In this document: positions 62,072-64,000 of the stretch, in pieces
How positions within the stretch are numbered: position 1 is the first letter of the stretch
Layout of the letters: each line of letters opens with the position of its first letter
IMG/VR virus record: IMGVR_UViG_3300029984_000001
Coordinates: 62,001 to 126,000 of that record
Strand: one strand, 5' to 3'
Length of the DNA stretch: 64,000 bases
Translations under genes and position numbers: made by a program
The notes under the pieces: model-generated
Seen by the model: only the letters and a program-made list of their open reading frames with translations
What the model was told of the DNA's origin: nothing
Databases searched by the model: none

Positions 62072-62692
62072 TTGAAAAAAATGACTATTAACGGGCAAGT
62101 ATATGATGCTATAACCGAACAAGAATTTATTAAAAACCCATCTTTATATGATGCAAATAATGCGGTGATAAATGGTAATTTAGTTTATCCAGTAAAGACA
62201 GGAAGTACTTTAAATATTCCTGGAGTGTATGCAAGAGGAATGTCTATGATACGATATGTTGAGCCTAAGAAAACCGAAGCATTTGCTTCTTCTAAAGTTA
62301 TCGATTTTGATAATGCAAAGACTATGTCTGATTTAATAGAAAAAACTAATGTATATAAAGAAATGGAGAAAGATATCTTAACAAGTCCTGATAATCTATA
62401 TAAACCAAAAGTTAAACCAGATGATTCTCCTGAGATAGCTTTAGTTAAAAATGCTATATGTGCTAAGGACTGTGATATTAATAAATATAAAAATCGTTGG
62501 GGTGTACATTTTAACAACGATAAAAGAGCGTTGGATGATAATAGTTTGACGTTATTAAAAGCTGTTAGAATAGCAAACAACATGGATATGAAGATAGAAT
62601 TAATTATATCGGATAAACATCCAGATGTTGCTAATCCTATGGGACGAGAATTTAGAACAGAATTAACAAGTAGTTATGTAAGTAACGATTAG
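62072..62692 (+). CDS. hypothetical protein with possible C-terminal XRE-like HTH
   Basis: TTG after AAAGGAG; SLTLLKAVRIANNMDMKIELII resembles HTH tail. Confidence 0.6.
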   Translation: MKKMTINGQVYDAITEQEFIKNPSLYDANNAVINGNLVYPVKTGSTLNIPGVYARGMSMIRYVEPKKTEAFASSKVIDFDNAKTMSDLIEKTNVYKEMEKDILTSPDNLYKPKVKPDDSPEIALVKNAICAKDCDINKYKNRWGVHFNNDKRALDDNSLTLLKAVRIANNMDMKIELIISDKHPDVANPMGREFRTELTSSYVSND

Positions 62693-62711
62693 ACTTTAAG
62701 GGGGGATAGTA

Positions 62712-64000
62712 TTGGATCAATCACTATTAATGAGTGAATATAGTAAGACAAGAGAACAATTCAATCCAAAATTATTTGAGAGAAAAAATGAAACTGTATT
62801 TAATCATATATTAAAAGTTTTGAAGTCTGTAGAGAGGGAAGGACAATTTACCTTTAAATTACATTCATATAGGTTAGTTACAAATTATGCAGAGATACAA
62901 TCTATATTATGTGACTATGAGAATCTGCATAAGAAAGGAAAGAATAAGAGAAAACTAAACATTTATGAATATATAAATTTAAAAGAAACCGATATGCATA
63001 TATTAATATCAAATTTCTATATGAAAATAAGAGATGAAGAAAAAATCTTAACAATTTATATAGGCATTCCTATCTATATAAACAAATATTATTTTAGAAT
63101 AAGTGGTAATTTATATTTACCTAATTTACAAATAGTAGACGGATCTACATTCAACTCATCAACATCTAAAAATGCAATTTCAGATAGTGTAATATTAAAA
63201 ACTATCTTAATGTCTCTTAAGACTTATAGAAATTCTTATCCTATAAAAACAACAGACGATATTGATATATACATTACTAATTTCTCTATGACTTCTTTCA
63301 GTAAAACTTTTCCTGTATTCAAATATATCTTAGCAAAATTTGGGTTATATAGAACTATGAGTTTTATGAACTTTGATTTTGTCAAAATATCTAAATCAGA
63401 TCCAAAGTATAATGATTATTACACATTCAAAAGTAATAAGATTTATATATCTGTACCTAAAGTATTATTTGATAATGATACAGTACTACAAGCATTTATA
63501 TATACATTATATGTAGTGTTTAAGAACAAACTTACTAAATATGATAATATATTTACTAGAACATTCTGGTTAGAATCATTAGGTGGTGAGTTTGGTAGTT
63601 ATACTAAAAATAAAGGTTTGAATTTATTAGAATCAATAGAAGGTGTATATGATTTAGATACTAAAGAGGCTTTACATTTACCAGAAGAATATAAACAGTC
63701 CGTATATCATATATTAAGATGGATTATAACTGAATTTAGTAATCTAATGGAAAGGGATAATCTTGATTTAGGGTGTAAGAGAATTAGATTAGAAGAATAT
63801 ATGGCATCTCTATATGCAATGAAATTTGCAAGTATAATTCATAGATTTGCAGATCTTGGACATAATCTTGATTTTGAAATAGCAGAAAAATATTTGAGAG
63901 GATTAAAACCTACATACTTACTAGACACAATGATTCAATGTAAATTTATTAATTGTAAGAATACAGTTAACGATATAGATACTTTCCAAGCTATTAAATA
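62712..64000 (+). CDS. non-virion RNA polymerase beta N-terminal subunit (runs off window)
   Basis: Not in ORF track; TTG after AGGGGGG; IGIPIYINKYYFRISGNLYLPNLQIVD (cf. RpoB GDIP...FIINGTERVIVSQL) and DNLDLGCKRIRL (cf. DIDHLGNRRVR). Confidence 0.85.
   Translation, partial: MDQSLLMSEYSKTREQFNPKLFERKNETVFNHILKVLKSVEREGQFTFKLHSYRLVTNYAEIQSILCDYENLHKKGKNKRKLNIYEYINLKETDMHILISNFYMKIRDEEKILTIYIGIPIYINKYYFRISGNLYLPNLQIVDGSTFNSSTSKNAISDSVILKTILMSLKTYRNSYPIKTTDDIDIYITNFSMTSFSKTFPVFKYILAKFGLYRTMSFMNFDFVKISKSDPKYNDYYTFKSNKIYISVPKVLFDNDTVLQAFIYTLYVVFKNKLTKYDNIFTRTFWLESLGGEFGSYTKNKGLNLLESIEGVYDLDTKEALHLPEEYKQSVYHILRWIITEFSNLMERDNLDLGCKRIRLEEYMASLYAMKFASIIHRFADLGHNLDFEIAEKYLRGLKPTYLLDTMIQCKFINCKNTVNDIDTFQAIK

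Noticed and set aside
1616-62583. Short antisense or overlapping ORFs in the track (e.g. 1616, 10200, 18430, 38561, 40259, 51636, 60735, 62185)
   Set aside because: They shadow well-supported genes, lack RBS and show reverse-complement composition
1-64000. tRNA/rRNA genes and chimallin (nuclear shell) gene
   Set aside because: No cloverleaf or rRNA signature noticed in intergenic DNA; no ORF recognisable as chimallin, though remote homology cannot be excluded by eye

Overview
Very AT-rich 64 kb segment of a jumbo bacteriophage of the AR9/PBS1/phiKZ-like supergroup, probably infecting a low-GC Firmicute (host is inference). It encodes split multisubunit RNA polymerase subunits: non-virion beta'-N, beta-C and beta-N, plus a second, virion-type beta C-terminal fragment. 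Other recognisable genes are a DnaB-like helicase, SbcD/Mre11 nuclease, Dda/RecD-like helicase, GyrB/GyrA, RecA/UvsX, NAD-dependent ligase, a tubulin/FtsZ-family GTPase next to a membrane-anchored glucosaminidase, and tail-fibre/baseplate/virion proteins. Two closely related group I introns, each carrying an HNH endonuclease, interrupt conserved motifs of the RNAP beta' gene (2252-3579) and gyrB (40650-41802). Two promoter classes are visible: TATATTATA (early-type) and AACA-N6-TA (AR9 late-type), the latter with an AACT variant. The most striking unexplained signal is a short peptide motif, F-M-x-R. It recurs about 13 times in nine non-structural proteins, mostly at termini or in inserted loops: helicase, ligase, RNAP beta, SbcD, all four homing endonucleases and one unknown. 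I saw none in virion proteins. It is a candidate phage-wide docking, import or clamp-binding tag. A Q/M/N/G-rich prion-like Zn-finger protein and a virion protein with a clan-CD protease-like dyad also stand out. All calls are from motif reading by eye; no searches were run.
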